Made by a program: the position numbers and the translations under genes. A model generated the notes under the pieces. The model saw nothing but the letters and a program-made list of their open reading frames with translations, was not told the origin of the DNA and did not search any database. Shown here piece by piece: positions 14,227 through 24,073 of a DNA stretch of 34,554 bases (its first letter is position 1; each line of letters starts with the position of its first letter). Source of the DNA: a phage. Where the stretch lies: assembly GCA_037431425.1 (NCBI GenBank), contig GCA_037431425.1_4129.4. One strand, 5' to 3'.

Positions 14227-14549
14227 TGCGTAATTTCAATTGTATTGTACGTAAGAATTCATGTTACATTGTAGTAGCTGATTTTAATACAGGTTCTGGG
14301 TTGAAGATATTTGAGTACAGAAAATGTAATAATTCTTTTCATTGGAAATTAGGTGCAAGAAAAACAAAAACAATTTCAGTACCGAATTTATGTTCTATCT
14401 CTGAAGAAGAAGAGTTTCAGTACATGTTAGTACATGATGATTCTTTAGGATTTACATTCAAAGATATGAAGGAAGTACAAAAGCAGATGATTGCACATTG
14501 TCATCTTCCAAAGAATTTTGTTCAACACGTATGTGAATTCCACATATAA
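14223..14549 (+). CDS. family B protein
   Basis: Motif ISEEEEFQYMLVHD; ATG 14223 overlapping upstream TGA preferred over track start 14187. Confidence 0.65.
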   Translation: MMRNFNCIVRKNSCYIVVADFNTGSGLKIFEYRKCNNSFHWKLGARKTKTISVPNLCSISEEEEFQYMLVHDDSLGFTFKDMKEVQKQMIAHCHLPKNFVQHVCEFHI

Positions 14550-14558
14550 GAGAAGAAT

Positions 14559-14870
14559 ATGAAATTTAATATAGCAAAAACATCGAGTATATGTATTTTT
14601 GGTTATGCAGAAGAGTTAGGTGATATTGACATTCTTTTGTACAAAAAGGATGGTGTTATGCATTTCAAGTACCAGGATGAAGAGGCAGACAATTATCTTT
14701 TGCCTAATTTAGTACAAATACAGGAAGATGAATTATTCCAATACAGTTTAGTATACGACATTGATATTTGCACGATGCCAGTACTAATGAATATACAAAA
14801 AGTGATGCTCGATATGTATGATAAGCTAATACAAGGTATGTCAGGGAGGATCATTGAAATCGATATATAA
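14559..14870 (+). CDS. family B protein
   Basis: Motif IQEDELFQYSLVYD; RBS AGAGAAG. Confidence 0.7.
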   Translation: MKFNIAKTSSICIFGYAEELGDIDILLYKKDGVMHFKYQDEEADNYLLPNLVQIQEDELFQYSLVYDIDICTMPVLMNIQKVMLDMYDKLIQGMSGRIIEIDI

Positions 14871-14898
14871 GAATTTACCCAAAGGAGATGCAATATAA

Positions 14899-15150
14899 AT
14901 GTACAAAAAAATAAACCGTTATTTGTATGCATCAAAGTACAGGGATTTTTGTTTACAAGGGGGTGAGGACGATTTCGGTCTGAGGCTATCGGAATTTAAT
15001 ATGTTATTTTATCTTGGTACATCCGTACAAGAAGAAATGGTACAGAAATTTCTCAATAACCTTGTACAAAAAATTAATATTCAAATTATGATGCATAAAT
15101 TACAGAATGAGATAAATGAATATGAATCTAGAAATAGTTCAGGATCTTAA
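14899..15150 (+). CDS. family A-like small protein (outlier inside family B region)
   Basis: Motif YLGTSVQEEMV; RBS AAGGAG. Confidence 0.65.
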   Translation: MYKKINRYLYASKYRDFCLQGGEDDFGLRLSEFNMLFYLGTSVQEEMVQKFLNNLVQKINIQIMMHKLQNEINEYESRNSSGS

Positions 15151-15511
15151 AAAAGTAATATTTCTTTTGAATATAAGAAGCTCTTTATATAAGGAGTTCA
15201 AAGATAAGGATGGTTCTTTTAAACCATTATGTATAGAATTCAATGATTTAATTACAGATGCATTGTTTGAATTTTCCGAGAAATATCAAGATACAGTGTT
15301 TGGTGTTAGGAATGCTATTCATCCAATTACAGGCACAAGGAAGATAACGTTATCTCATTTTACATTTGACAATAAAGATTTATTCAGTTATAATCCCAGT
15401 ACATCTTTATATTTTATTCCTAAAGGAGACAAGAATAGTCCTATTCATTACGGATGGATTATATCTTATGTAGTGCAAGGAAAGGAGTATCCTATCAAAT
15501 GGCACGATTAG
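15116..15511 (+). CDS. hypothetical protein (131 aa), no family motif recognised
   Basis: ORF in array context. Confidence 0.5.
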   Translation: MNMNLEIVQDLKKVIFLLNIRSSLYKEFKDKDGSFKPLCIEFNDLITDALFEFSEKYQDTVFGVRNAIHPITGTRKITLSHFTFDNKDLFSYNPSTSLYFIPKGDKNSPIHYGWIISYVVQGKEYPIKWHD

Positions 15512-15651
15512 GACAGGAAGATTATAGTTTAAATATATTATTAAGAAATATTAATGCGGATTATTGTGTATGGGTTAAGAATCGAGACATGATGTATTAT
15601 GATTTTTATTTAGATTATGCTATCAAACGCTTTTTAAGAGAAGAATATTAA
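15499..15651 (+). CDS. hypothetical small protein (50 aa)
   Basis: In-frame ATG 15499 of track ORF 15454..15651, after RBS AAGGAG; weak. Confidence 0.35.
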   Translation: MARLGQEDYSLNILLRNINADYCVWVKNRDMMYYDFYLDYAIKRFLREEY

Positions 15652-15827
15652 TGAAATTGGTTAATACAAAAGCAATAAATGATTTAAATGATTCTTTATT
15701 AGTAAGTATTAAGTTGTATTATAATATTCATTTAAAGGGTGGCATTAACGATTTTAGTTATTATTTAAGTGCAATATCACAAGAGCATTTAAATTATCAA
15801 GATCATTTATTACATCCAAATCCTTAA
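15651..15827 (+). CDS. hypothetical small protein (58 aa)
   Basis: ATG overlapping upstream TAA (TAATG); open 59 codons in AT-rich sequence; not in ORF track. Confidence 0.4.
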   Translation: MKLVNTKAINDLNDSLLVSIKLYYNIHLKGGINDFSYYLSAISQEHLNYQDHLLHPNP

Positions 15828-15835
15828 GGCAAATT

Positions 15836-16396
15836 ATGAATGAGATAGAGTTGTTATCGCACAAGATTAGTACAATAGCTACAGTACTGAACAACAAAAA
15901 TAAAGTACAGAGTTCCCTTTTAAGAATTAATAAAGTTGGTAGTAGTTTATATTTGGAAGTAAAAGCTGGTTTTGCAGGACAGTACAATGATAAAATCAGA
16001 GAAGAGGTTAAAGGCTACGAAGATGCTTTCATGGAGGTTTGTGCAATAGTTGGCTCAAACCCGATTTCAGTATCCCCTTTAATGCAGAATGAAAATTCAG
16101 AATTTGATTCCAGTTTTGAAGGTTATTTGTGGTACAATGCAGGTGATAATTATTTTATATATCAGAATTCCAAAACGGATTATAGTGAAGAAGGTATAAA
16201 ATTCATCGATCCTTACAATGAAGCAGAAGTATTTCAGAAATCCCTAATATACAATACAAACCAAATGAAGTATCTAATGTTGTTTAGTACAATGCATTTG
16301 AATCCATTGAAAGATAATTTAAAATTTTTCATTCGTTTAGAATTAGTTGATATTGCTTATAATCTTTTAATCCAAGGAAGTAGTTATGAAGTATAA
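15836..16396 (+). CDS. family B protein
   Basis: Motif NEAEVFQKSLIYN. Confidence 0.65.
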   Translation: MNEIELLSHKISTIATVLNNKNKVQSSLLRINKVGSSLYLEVKAGFAGQYNDKIREEVKGYEDAFMEVCAIVGSNPISVSPLMQNENSEFDSSFEGYLWYNAGDNYFIYQNSKTDYSEEGIKFIDPYNEAEVFQKSLIYNTNQMKYLMLFSTMHLNPLKDNLKFFIRLELVDIAYNLLIQGSSYEV

Positions 16397-16700
16397 AATG
16401 ATGTATACACCATCATTAGTATATGTAGAATTAGAATCAAATGATAATGGGTGGAATTTCATTAAACATATCGATACCAATACATGGTACATGGCTCACT
16501 TGGATAATAATGTGGTATCAGACCATTTTATGGATTTCAATACCTTAGAGGAAGATGAATTTTTTCAAGTACAATTGGTGCTTGACACAAATGGTTTTGA
16601 TATGGTATTATTAAGAAATATACAGAAAGCTGTTAATGAATTAATAGCTGAACATAATTTGGGTGAAATAAGGATTAGTTATGACCTCGAAGTACTGTGA
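16386..16700 (+). CDS. family B protein
   Basis: Motif LEEDEFFQVQLVLD. Confidence 0.65.
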   Translation: MKYKMMYTPSLVYVELESNDNGWNFIKHIDTNTWYMAHLDNNVVSDHFMDFNTLEEDEFFQVQLVLDTNGFDMVLLRNIQKAVNELIAEHNLGEIRISYDLEVL

Positions 16701-17031
16701 GTTTGAAATTAATAAGTTAAGAGAATGGTTTTATAATATTGAAATTGAGGCCATTCCTTATCATACATATGAACAAAGTGATTTACAATGTATTGATATT
16801 AGGGAGTTGTACAAATATTATCAAAGTGCGTTAGAGATGCATAAATTATTTTTGAGTACGGATTTCTTTATGCAGTATAATTTTGAGGAATATAATAATT
16901 ATAACTTAGTACAGAAATACGTAGTAGCAAAGTATATGTACATTCAAGGTATTAAAGGTTGTATTGAATTCAATACTGTTCTTGCTTTAGTTGAGGTAAT
17001 TTTATGTACAGCATGTGCATGTCTAATTTAG
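16681..17031 (+). CDS. hypothetical protein (116 aa), no clear family motif
   Basis: ORF with RBS AGGA; Cys-rich hydrophobic C-terminus. Confidence 0.5.
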   Translation: MTSKYCEFEINKLREWFYNIEIEAIPYHTYEQSDLQCIDIRELYKYYQSALEMHKLFLSTDFFMQYNFEEYNNYNLVQKYVVAKYMYIQGIKGCIEFNTVLALVEVILCTACACLI

Positions 17032-17522
17032 AGTTTAGTTTAGATGCAGCCTTTAAATTTACACATAAGATAGAAACAATATATAGTTTTTTTAGTGAAG
17101 TTTATGAAGTTTGTGCTAAACGATATATCGATACAATAGACATTAGCAATAAGTTCGATGTATGGCACAAAACAATCCAAAGCAAAAAGCAGTGTGCAGC
17201 AGTTTTTAGTGTTTTATCATTTAATCCCAGCAATTGTTACCCAGAGAAGCATGAACGTTATCCCAATGACGACATGTGGTTTGTGTACAAAGAAGATGCT
17301 GATATGTCGTCATTTGAAGTTCCTGATAATTTTGATATCAGTGATTTAACAGAAGAGTGGTGGTTCCAGCAGAATTTAGTACATGATGATATTGATTTAT
17401 TTTTCTATATCGTGTTCAAAATACTTTATCACAACAATATAGTTAAAGATAGTGTATCGTTTTCATGTCTATATATTGATGAGTTGTTCGAAGATATCAA
17501 AAATCACAAGCCTGTATCGTAA
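17004..17522 (+). CDS. family B protein
   Basis: Motif LTEEWWFQQNLVHD; RBS GAGGT. Confidence 0.7.
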   Translation: MYSMCMSNLEFSLDAAFKFTHKIETIYSFFSEVYEVCAKRYIDTIDISNKFDVWHKTIQSKKQCAAVFSVLSFNPSNCYPEKHERYPNDDMWFVYKEDADMSSFEVPDNFDISDLTEEWWFQQNLVHDDIDLFFYIVFKILYHNNIVKDSVSFSCLYIDELFEDIKNHKPVS

Positions 17523-17539
17523 GATATGGGCTTTTTTGT

Positions 17540-17568
17540 TTGACTCAAGTACAAATGAATGGTACAAT
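17540..17568 (+). promoter_or_regulatory. sigma70-like promoter
   Basis: -35 TTGACT 17540-17545, 17-nt spacer, -10 TACAAT 17563-17568; preceded by a weak hairpin plus T-run. Confidence 0.55.
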
Positions 17569-17593
17569 GTGAAATCATTTTAAGGAGAACCCT

Positions 17594-18142
17594 ATGGAAA
17601 ATTTTCAAATACCACTAGATTACGATACAGCGAAAGAGATGGTACACAAGGTTCATTACATTTTTAATGAATTAATTATTGCAAATTCATCTTGTATGCA
17701 AATTGAGTTAAAGGGTATTAATAGTGAAGAAGTTTTTTTGGCTTCTCCAAGTTCAATTATTCCGTTGTATGGTATGGACCGTTTATGGTTCATGAGAGAT
17801 GCACCAATTGACAGGTACAAAATACAAAAAAAATCAGAGAATGATTTTCTTTATGATTATTTTCATATTTCATTACAAGCACACGATATAAGTACAATGA
17901 GTGCAGAGGAATATTTTCAGCACAGTACAGTGTATAGTCCAGAAGAAATCTTTGTTGTTATGCTTGTTGCAAAATTGAGTACTGTTGATTTTGGGACGTA
18001 CCCAAATAAATCATTCAAGATTATTATTCCTGCATTTGTTGATCTTTATGATTTCATTGTGCACAAGAAAGAAAGTACAGTGTACGATATGCAGCGTTCA
18101 AATATCAGTTTAATTGCAGTAAGTGCAGGGGAATTAAAATGA
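17594..18142 (+). CDS. family B protein
   Basis: Motif MSAEEYFQHSTVYS; RBS AAGGAG. Confidence 0.7.
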   Translation: MENFQIPLDYDTAKEMVHKVHYIFNELIIANSSCMQIELKGINSEEVFLASPSSIIPLYGMDRLWFMRDAPIDRYKIQKKSENDFLYDYFHISLQAHDISTMSAEEYFQHSTVYSPEEIFVVMLVAKLSTVDFGTYPNKSFKIIIPAFVDLYDFIVHKKESTVYDMQRSNISLIAVSAGELK

Positions 18143-18747
18143 ACATAGACCAATTAATGAAGTACAGTAAAAGTACAGTTCCAGTACTAAGTAAAGTTTT
18201 AGATGCCTTCACTGCTAAGTACCCTGAAGGTTCAGAGTTAAATATTCCTTTTACTACACCAGGGATTGATGATACTTACATGGTACACATTGGTAGTTCA
18301 GGTATTGTTTTGAAGCAAAAGTACAGTGATAGTGAATATTATGGTTTGAAACTGGATAAAATTTCAGGAGAGAAGACACCTTTTGAGTTTTGGATTCCGA
18401 ATTGTATTGAATCATGGAATACACATATTAATAAGAGAGACGAAGGTGATATTTCTCTTGTAAATTATAAGGAAAAAAGAATTGACGTATTTTATTATTA
18501 CAGTACAGATACGTTTCCAGAAGAGATTTATTTAAATTCAGAGATGTATGAAGATATTGAATCATTTTTCTTTCAGTTATCATTGGTACATGATATCATG
18601 CCATTGCAAGCGTTCAGGGATGAAATAAATTTAGCGAAAGAGATTTCGGATATGTTACCTGAATTTAGTGTTCTTTATGGTAGTAGAGCTTTACCTGAAA
18701 ATGTGTATATAGAATTTATTTCTTGTGTTCAAGGATTGAATATATAA
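18139..18747 (+). CDS. family B protein
   Basis: Motif ESFFFQLSLVHD; ATGA overlap. Confidence 0.7.
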   Translation: MNIDQLMKYSKSTVPVLSKVLDAFTAKYPEGSELNIPFTTPGIDDTYMVHIGSSGIVLKQKYSDSEYYGLKLDKISGEKTPFEFWIPNCIESWNTHINKRDEGDISLVNYKEKRIDVFYYYSTDTFPEEIYLNSEMYEDIESFFFQLSLVHDIMPLQAFRDEINLAKEISDMLPEFSVLYGSRALPENVYIEFISCVQGLNI

Positions 18748-18748
18748 T

Positions 18749-18943
18749 ATGAACGAAGATGATATCAAAAAAAGGCATACGAAGTTTGAACTGCTCCCTG
18801 ACGAAATCCACATTGATATAGTTAATTTTAACATCAAAGCGTCCTTGCATCCTATATCACAAGATGATTTTGACAACAGAGTGCTTAACATAGTGGTGAT
18901 TTTGTGCTATAATCATTTCAGTGAATATTTTAACAAAAGATGA
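18749..18943 (+). CDS. hypothetical protein (64 aa), no family motif
   Basis: ORF in array context. Confidence 0.5.
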   Translation: MNEDDIKKRHTKFELLPDEIHIDIVNFNIKASLHPISQDDFDNRVLNIVVILCYNHFSEYFNKR

Positions 18944-18950
18944 GGTACAT

Positions 18951-19472
18951 ATGTATCAGCACAAGTACAATACATCATATGAGTATGGGTACAACATTTT
19001 GAAGATTATCAAAGCGTTAGAGGGTGGATTGCTTAGTCATAAGTACACAAGAGTAGGTGACAATTGGTTCAGAAATGATGATGATGAGTTCAGAAGTCAT
19101 AAAATCGTTTACAGTAATAATTACAGTGCTAATTATCTTCAGGATGTGGTTATGTGCTTTGAATACGTGTTACAGTTCAGGGGTTCCATCAGACCAGAGT
19201 TAAGAGAACACATGTACATTCGATACCTACCAATGCGTAAGGATGAGAAATCAATATTCAATTCAGTACACCACAGAGTACGAGATAGAACATTCAGGAA
19301 TATTTTGGAAGATGAAGCTGCCTATTTCCAGCAATCATTGATTGATGCTCCTGATGTGTTACAGATGCAGAATTTGTATAATGTATTAGATGCGAACATC
19401 GATACGGATATCTTTTTTTCTTTAAGTGATTATGAAACATTCTTGGAAGATTTAAAGGAAATAGGATTATGA
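18951..19472 (+). CDS. family B protein
   Basis: Motif EDEAAYFQQSLID; ATG 18951 after RBS GAGGT (track start 18921 is GTG). Confidence 0.6.
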   Translation: MYQHKYNTSYEYGYNILKIIKALEGGLLSHKYTRVGDNWFRNDDDEFRSHKIVYSNNYSANYLQDVVMCFEYVLQFRGSIRPELREHMYIRYLPMRKDEKSIFNSVHHRVRDRTFRNILEDEAAYFQQSLIDAPDVLQMQNLYNVLDANIDTDIFFSLSDYETFLEDLKEIGL

Positions 19473-19813
19473 GTGGATTTACAGTTTATATAGTAAACGT
19501 CAGTACAGATGGTAGTTTAATTGAATTTGATGTAGTTGATGACGATGATAATGCATATGGTATTAAGGTGCAGGACAAAGTTGTGCAGTTCAGTACAAGA
19601 ACAAATTACGAAAATCCAGTTCCTGTTCCTAATTTCATAGAAGACGAAGCTGTACGATTCCAATACGAAACTGCCTTTGACAATATAGCGATGCATATTA
19701 TTATGCAACACAGTTTAGTTCAATTAGTTCCTTTATTTAGACAAAATGTATATGTACATGAATTGTCGATTAATAACGTTCAAAGTTCCGTTTTGTTCGG
19801 CACAAATATGTAA
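19469..19813 (+). CDS. family B protein
   Basis: Motif EDEAVRFQYETAFD; ATGA overlap, RBS AGGA. Confidence 0.6.
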   Translation: MSGFTVYIVNVSTDGSLIEFDVVDDDDNAYGIKVQDKVVQFSTRTNYENPVPVPNFIEDEAVRFQYETAFDNIAMHIIMQHSLVQLVPLFRQNVYVHELSINNVQSSVLFGTNM

Positions 19814-19822
19814 GGAAGGATA

Positions 19823-20365
19823 ATGAGTTTATTAGATACCATAGAAAAAGACAGAAGTGCCATTAAGAGATTAAAAAATCTGGTTCTGTGTATTGTGAAC
19901 AACGTTGAAAAGTTTGAAGTCCAAGGAAGAATTGGTGATATTTCACATACAGGAATAAAATCCCTGAAGTCAGATTTATTAATTCATAAGGAAGATAAAT
20001 TATTATTTGTATTGAGTTCAGATTTATTGGTTGCAAGTAATGGTTTCAATTCGGTATCAACACAAGATGGTAGTACTGGATTATATCTATCACAGGGTGT
20101 ACAGACGAATGAACACAAGTGTTTTAGTTCAAGAGTACAGAATCCCTTTAAGTTTAATACAGAGCAAGCTACAGAGCTTTTAGAGGCTTCAGAAGAGATG
20201 TTATTTCAGTACAAAATGATCTATACAGATTTTGAAATACGATGCCTATACGCTGTTAAGCATTATGTACAAGAGTTCAAAGATTTAAATTATCTTTTAG
20301 TTCGAACGAATACAAAGAACATTGACATATTAGAAGATTACATTTCAACAGTTGTTAGTGTGTAA
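19823..20365 (+). CDS. family B protein
   Basis: Motif SEEMLFQYKMIYTD; RBS AAGGAAGGA. Confidence 0.7.
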   Translation: MSLLDTIEKDRSAIKRLKNLVLCIVNNVEKFEVQGRIGDISHTGIKSLKSDLLIHKEDKLLFVLSSDLLVASNGFNSVSTQDGSTGLYLSQGVQTNEHKCFSSRVQNPFKFNTEQATELLEASEEMLFQYKMIYTDFEIRCLYAVKHYVQEFKDLNYLLVRTNTKNIDILEDYISTVVSV

Positions 20366-20369
20366 TGGG

Positions 20370-20540
20370 ATGTTGATTATGAAGGAATTGTTTGATGAAC
20401 AGTTCAATGTATTAATGGATAATATTCTTTTTTATAGCCTTAGAAGTAAACGAGGAAATCGTTCTTACAATATAGATTATATATTAACGGTGTTGAGTTC
20501 ACAGTACACATATGCTGTACAGAGGACATATTATGAATAG
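20370..20540 (+). CDS. hypothetical small protein
   Basis: First in-frame ATG of track ORF 20352..20540 (track start is TTG); no family motif. Confidence 0.4.
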   Translation: MLIMKELFDEQFNVLMDNILFYSLRSKRGNRSYNIDYILTVLSSQYTYAVQRTYYE

Positions 20541-20718
20541 TTATAGTGATGTTGCTAAGGAGAAGTTAAATTGTAGTTTAGATTTTGGCTTAAATGATTT
20601 TCTTACGTGCACAATGTTCAGGAATGATGATTATGATCAATCCGTAATTTCGTTGTATAGATATTTTGAAATAATTTACACAAGATACCTTAGAAGGTTA
20701 GAGGGATTGGAATTATGA
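20533..20718 (+). CDS. hypothetical small protein
   Basis: ATG 20533 after RBS GAGGA preferred over track start 20512; no family motif. Confidence 0.45.
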   Translation: MNSYSDVAKEKLNCSLDFGLNDFLTCTMFRNDDYDQSVISLYRYFEIIYTRYLRRLEGLEL

Positions 20719-20933
20719 TTTATGAACAAAAAGTACCAAGTGGTTATAGTGTTGATGGTTTTGAATTCATGATGGATTTGGTTTTAAAGAATACATTAGT
20801 AGTACACCGTGCATTACCGGACCATGTAGATAGTGCGGTTCAACGAATAATGAATGTATACGAGATGACGAGTCGAAAGCTTTGTGCAATGAAAATGATT
20901 GAAGAAATCAAGCGTTCTAGGATGAATAATTAG
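20715..20933 (+). CDS. hypothetical small protein (72 aa)
   Basis: RBS GAGGGA; ATGA overlap. Confidence 0.5.
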   Translation: MIYEQKVPSGYSVDGFEFMMDLVLKNTLVVHRALPDHVDSAVQRIMNVYEMTSRKLCAMKMIEEIKRSRMNN

Positions 20934-21073
20934 AGACGTTTCGTATGATGTATTCAAACGTACAATAAAACAATACTATATAACTTTTTATAATTGATAT
21001 TTTTTAAAAAATACACAATCACAACGTGCTCCTTTTATTGGAATTTACCTTATTAATTATAGTTGAGGGGAAG

Positions 21074-21451
21074 ATGGAAATGAAATATAAAGATTTTCAT
21101 ATAGGGACATGGATGTACACTGGTGAGTTTATTACGTGCTGTAATTTATACAAGCGTGATTTAAACTACTCAAGGGAGAAGGTTATAAAGTTCGCAGATT
21201 CACAATTTTATTTTATGGAGTTAAGTACTGGAATTCGTGTTAAATCAACCGTTATGCTGGATTATACAGTACTGGATGAGGCACAATTATTTCAGGAGTC
21301 ATTAGTATTTGATAAGAAGTACAACTGTACATTAGAAGAGATAGTTGAAATCCAGCGTAGGATCAAATTTATTCACAAGGATTGTATCGATAAATGGTGT
21401 AAAACTGGTGAAACTAATTTTAGTAATTATTTCAATCTAGGGGAAGAGTGA
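21074..21451 (+). CDS. family B protein (B1 subcluster)
   Basis: Motif LDEAQLFQESLVFDKKY...LEEIVEIQ; ATG after RBS GAGGGGAAG preferred over track start 21026. Confidence 0.65.
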   Translation: MEMKYKDFHIGTWMYTGEFITCCNLYKRDLNYSREKVIKFADSQFYFMELSTGIRVKSTVMLDYTVLDEAQLFQESLVFDKKYNCTLEEIVEIQRRIKFIHKDCIDKWCKTGETNFSNYFNLGEE

Positions 21452-21807
21452 TGGAATTTGATTTTGTAATATCAGTACATTCTTTCAAGAATAGTTTTCA
21501 GTACTTTTGTAATTTAAACAAAGGTGATTTAATGCACAGTGCAAATGAGTATATTCATTACACTGCTGGTAAATTTACATTTATTGATTACGATTCATTA
21601 CAGTATCCACATCAGGATATGCCGGACTTTACATTAATGGATGAGGCCGAACTATTCCAAGCTGCATTAGTATTCGATAAGAAGTACTTGTGTACACTAG
21701 AAGAAGTAATTGCCATACAAAATGAAATAAAAGAGTATGCTGCTTTGAATAAATCCAATGTAAGTATTAATCAAGAATACAAATTCAATATAGGAATTAC
21801 AGAATGA
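21448..21807 (+). CDS. family B protein (B1 subcluster)
   Basis: Motif LMDEAELFQAALVFDKKY...LEEVIAIQ. Confidence 0.7.
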   Translation: MMEFDFVISVHSFKNSFQYFCNLNKGDLMHSANEYIHYTAGKFTFIDYDSLQYPHQDMPDFTLMDEAELFQAALVFDKKYLCTLEEVIAIQNEIKEYAALNKSNVSINQEYKFNIGITE

Positions 21808-22169
21808 CATTTGATTATTCGATATACGTTTGCAAGTCCAGAACGGGGTGGGATTTGTGCTGTAATCTTGTCAAGGGTGACTCGGAACATGAGTTGAGTT
21901 TATATATTCAGTACTCGGATTTGTGTTTTAATTTTATTGATGTATTGTATGATGACTTCGACTATAACTCTGAAAGTATTACAGATTATACAGTACTGGA
22001 TGATGCTGAACTATTTCAAGCTTCTTTGGTGTTTGACAAGAATAAGTACTCATGTACAATAGAAGATATGATTTTTATACAAAATGAAATGAAGAGATAT
22101 GTCAAAGAAAACACCTTTGATACATCTACACCAACAACAAGTAATTATTATTTCAATACAGGTGAGTAA
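21804..22169 (+). CDS. family B protein (B1 subcluster)
   Basis: Motif LDDAELFQASLVFDKNKY; ATGA overlap. Confidence 0.7.
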   Translation: MTFDYSIYVCKSRTGWDLCCNLVKGDSEHELSLYIQYSDLCFNFIDVLYDDFDYNSESITDYTVLDDAELFQASLVFDKNKYSCTIEDMIFIQNEMKRYVKENTFDTSTPTTSNYYFNTGE

Positions 22170-22170
22170 T

Positions 22171-22512
22171 ATGGAATATGATTTTTCTATTTATATGCCT
22201 ATAATTAGTTCACAAGATGTGTATTGTAATCTTAATAAAGGTGATTACGAACACAAAATGGATCAGTACATTAAATTTAATGGTGCGTACTTTAGCTTCA
22301 TTGATTATCAGGCCAAAGGATCAGTTGTAGAAAATATGAAAGACTATACAACAGTACATGGTGAGGCTGAAATATTTCAAGAGTCATTAATATTCGACAA
22401 GAAGTACTTGTGTACTCTAGAGGAAGTAATTGAACTCCAACAGAAGATGAAAGAATATAGAGGAATCTACACAGAGACTGGTTCCAAAGATAGGTATCGT
22501 TTTAAGCTATGA
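22171..22512 (+). CDS. family B protein (B1 subcluster)
   Basis: Motif HGEAEIFQESLIFDKKY; ATG 22171 after RBS AGGTGAG preferred over track start 22099. Confidence 0.65.
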   Translation: MEYDFSIYMPIISSQDVYCNLNKGDYEHKMDQYIKFNGAYFSFIDYQAKGSVVENMKDYTTVHGEAEIFQESLIFDKKYLCTLEEVIELQQKMKEYRGIYTETGSKDRYRFKL

Positions 22513-22694
22513 ATAAAAAAGAACAAATGGAATCATTCATGAATACAATACTTCGACGATTCGTAATTGATATTAGACATAACAACATTACCAGGAATGA
22601 CATGTGCTTCGGTACATATAATATTAGTGAATTGTATATAGCTAATATTCACATGGTGTACCGAGATTATATCCAGACACTACACGGGAGTTGA
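22509..22694 (+). CDS. hypothetical small protein (61 aa), no family motif
   Basis: ATGA overlap. Confidence 0.45.
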   Translation: MNKKEQMESFMNTILRRFVIDIRHNNITRNDMCFGTYNISELYIANIHMVYRDYIQTLHGS

Positions 22695-22695
22695 T

Positions 22696-23166
22696 ATGAG
22701 TTTTGAAAGAGCATTAGAAATTGCTAAGTTAATTGATGTATGTAAAAAAGAAATAGTGCTCAACAGACTCAATGGGTATCTATTCAAGGAAGGTAAATCT
22801 TATTGCCGAATGATATACGATGACAGTAGTGAATATATTCACATGTATGAAGAAAATCTTGATGAATCTGAAACAACACTCACTGGGTGTGATGTTAATC
22901 TGGAAGATAATTACATGTACTTCTGTCGTGATGCTGATATTTTAATACAAGAAACATCATATCAAACTGGGAATCCAGAGGTATATCTTCCATATTCAGT
23001 ACTGGATAATGACTGGGGAAGTGAAGAGTTCTACTTCCAGCAGAATACTATCTACGATGAAGATGTACTTGACAAGCTTGTCATTCTGTGGTACTTTAAG
23101 AACACTGATACTCCTAACTTCTATATAGATTTGGATCTACTAAGAGTTATTAATGAGGATATATGA
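22696..23166 (+). CDS. family B protein (B2 subcluster)
   Basis: Motif WGSEEFYFQQNTIYDE plus C-terminal WYFK; RBS GGGAG. Confidence 0.7.
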   Translation: MSFERALEIAKLIDVCKKEIVLNRLNGYLFKEGKSYCRMIYDDSSEYIHMYEENLDESETTLTGCDVNLEDNYMYFCRDADILIQETSYQTGNPEVYLPYSVLDNDWGSEEFYFQQNTIYDEDVLDKLVILWYFKNTDTPNFYIDLDLLRVINEDI

Positions 23167-23603
23167 GTTTAGTAAGTGCACTTGAACTGGCACACAAAAT
23201 ACACAACTTCCATGATAAAATAAAAAGTGGGTTTTATGGTGATAACGTAAGTGAATTTGGTAATGAGTATTATCTATCAAGTTCAAATACATACGCTGAT
23301 GATATTTTACTTATGGGTCATGATAAAGACAATACTATACAGTACTCTTCATGTAGTCAATATGCTAGTTTTATGGTATATATTCCAGGAACTAAGATTA
23401 CTTTTGACACATCAAATACACCTGTTGACTTCGGGGTACTTGATGGTCCATGGGGTACTGAAGAGTATTACTTCCAACAGAGTCTTATTTTTAGCCAAGA
23501 GATGCTTGATACCTTGGTTGTGTTGTGGTACTTTAAAGAATTGAATTTTGAACCATTCTTTCTTGACTGGGGAGCATGTGAGTATTTAAGTTCAGGAGAA
23601 TAA
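23163..23603 (+). CDS. family B protein (B2 subcluster)
   Basis: Motif WGTEEYYFQQSLIFSQ plus WYFK; RBS GAGGA. Confidence 0.7.
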   Translation: MSLVSALELAHKIHNFHDKIKSGFYGDNVSEFGNEYYLSSSNTYADDILLMGHDKDNTIQYSSCSQYASFMVYIPGTKITFDTSNTPVDFGVLDGPWGTEEYYFQQSLIFSQEMLDTLVVLWYFKELNFEPFFLDWGACEYLSSGE

Positions 23604-23605
23604 TA

Positions 23606-24073
23606 ATGTCATTGCGAAGTGCATTGAAAGAAGCAAAGAAGATCCATAATTACATGATTATGGTACAAGAAGGTTCCGTGCCTGGTGTATATAAAACATC
23701 TGATACTGAATTTTTCGTAAAAGATCGAGATGATTATGATGAGTCAGAGATATGTGCAGAAACGTTAGTACTGCACATTGATACGGATGATACTGATGAC
23801 TGTGAATATCAGATGCACAATCAATACCTTAGTTATTATAGGGATGAAGATATTATAATTTACACTCCTGATTACGATGATGATAACATAATCATTCCGT
23901 ATTCAGTTCTGGAAGGTCCATGGGATAGTGAAGAATATTATTTCCAGCAAAGTACTGTGTATAATGAAGATGTTTTAGATGTTATTGTAATTATGTGGTA
24001 CTTTAAAAGTATTGATTCTGACAGTTTCTATTTCGATTATGAATACGTAGAGAATACTGTAGGGGGAAGATAA
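23606..24073 (+). CDS. family B protein (B2 subcluster)
   Basis: Motif WDSEEYYFQQSTVYNE plus WYFK; RBS CAGGAG. Confidence 0.7.
   Translation: MSLRSALKEAKKIHNYMIMVQEGSVPGVYKTSDTEFFVKDRDDYDESEICAETLVLHIDTDDTDDCEYQMHNQYLSYYRDEDIIIYTPDYDDDNIIIPYSVLEGPWDSEEYYFQQSTVYNEDVLDVIVIMWYFKSIDSDSFYFDYEYVENTVGGR

Noticed and set aside
20940-21025. Promoter in the 140-bp gap before the B1 subcluster
   Set aside because: A hairpin (ACGTTT...AAACGT) and a TATAAT-like hexamer are present but no convincing -35 at the right spacing; left unannotated.
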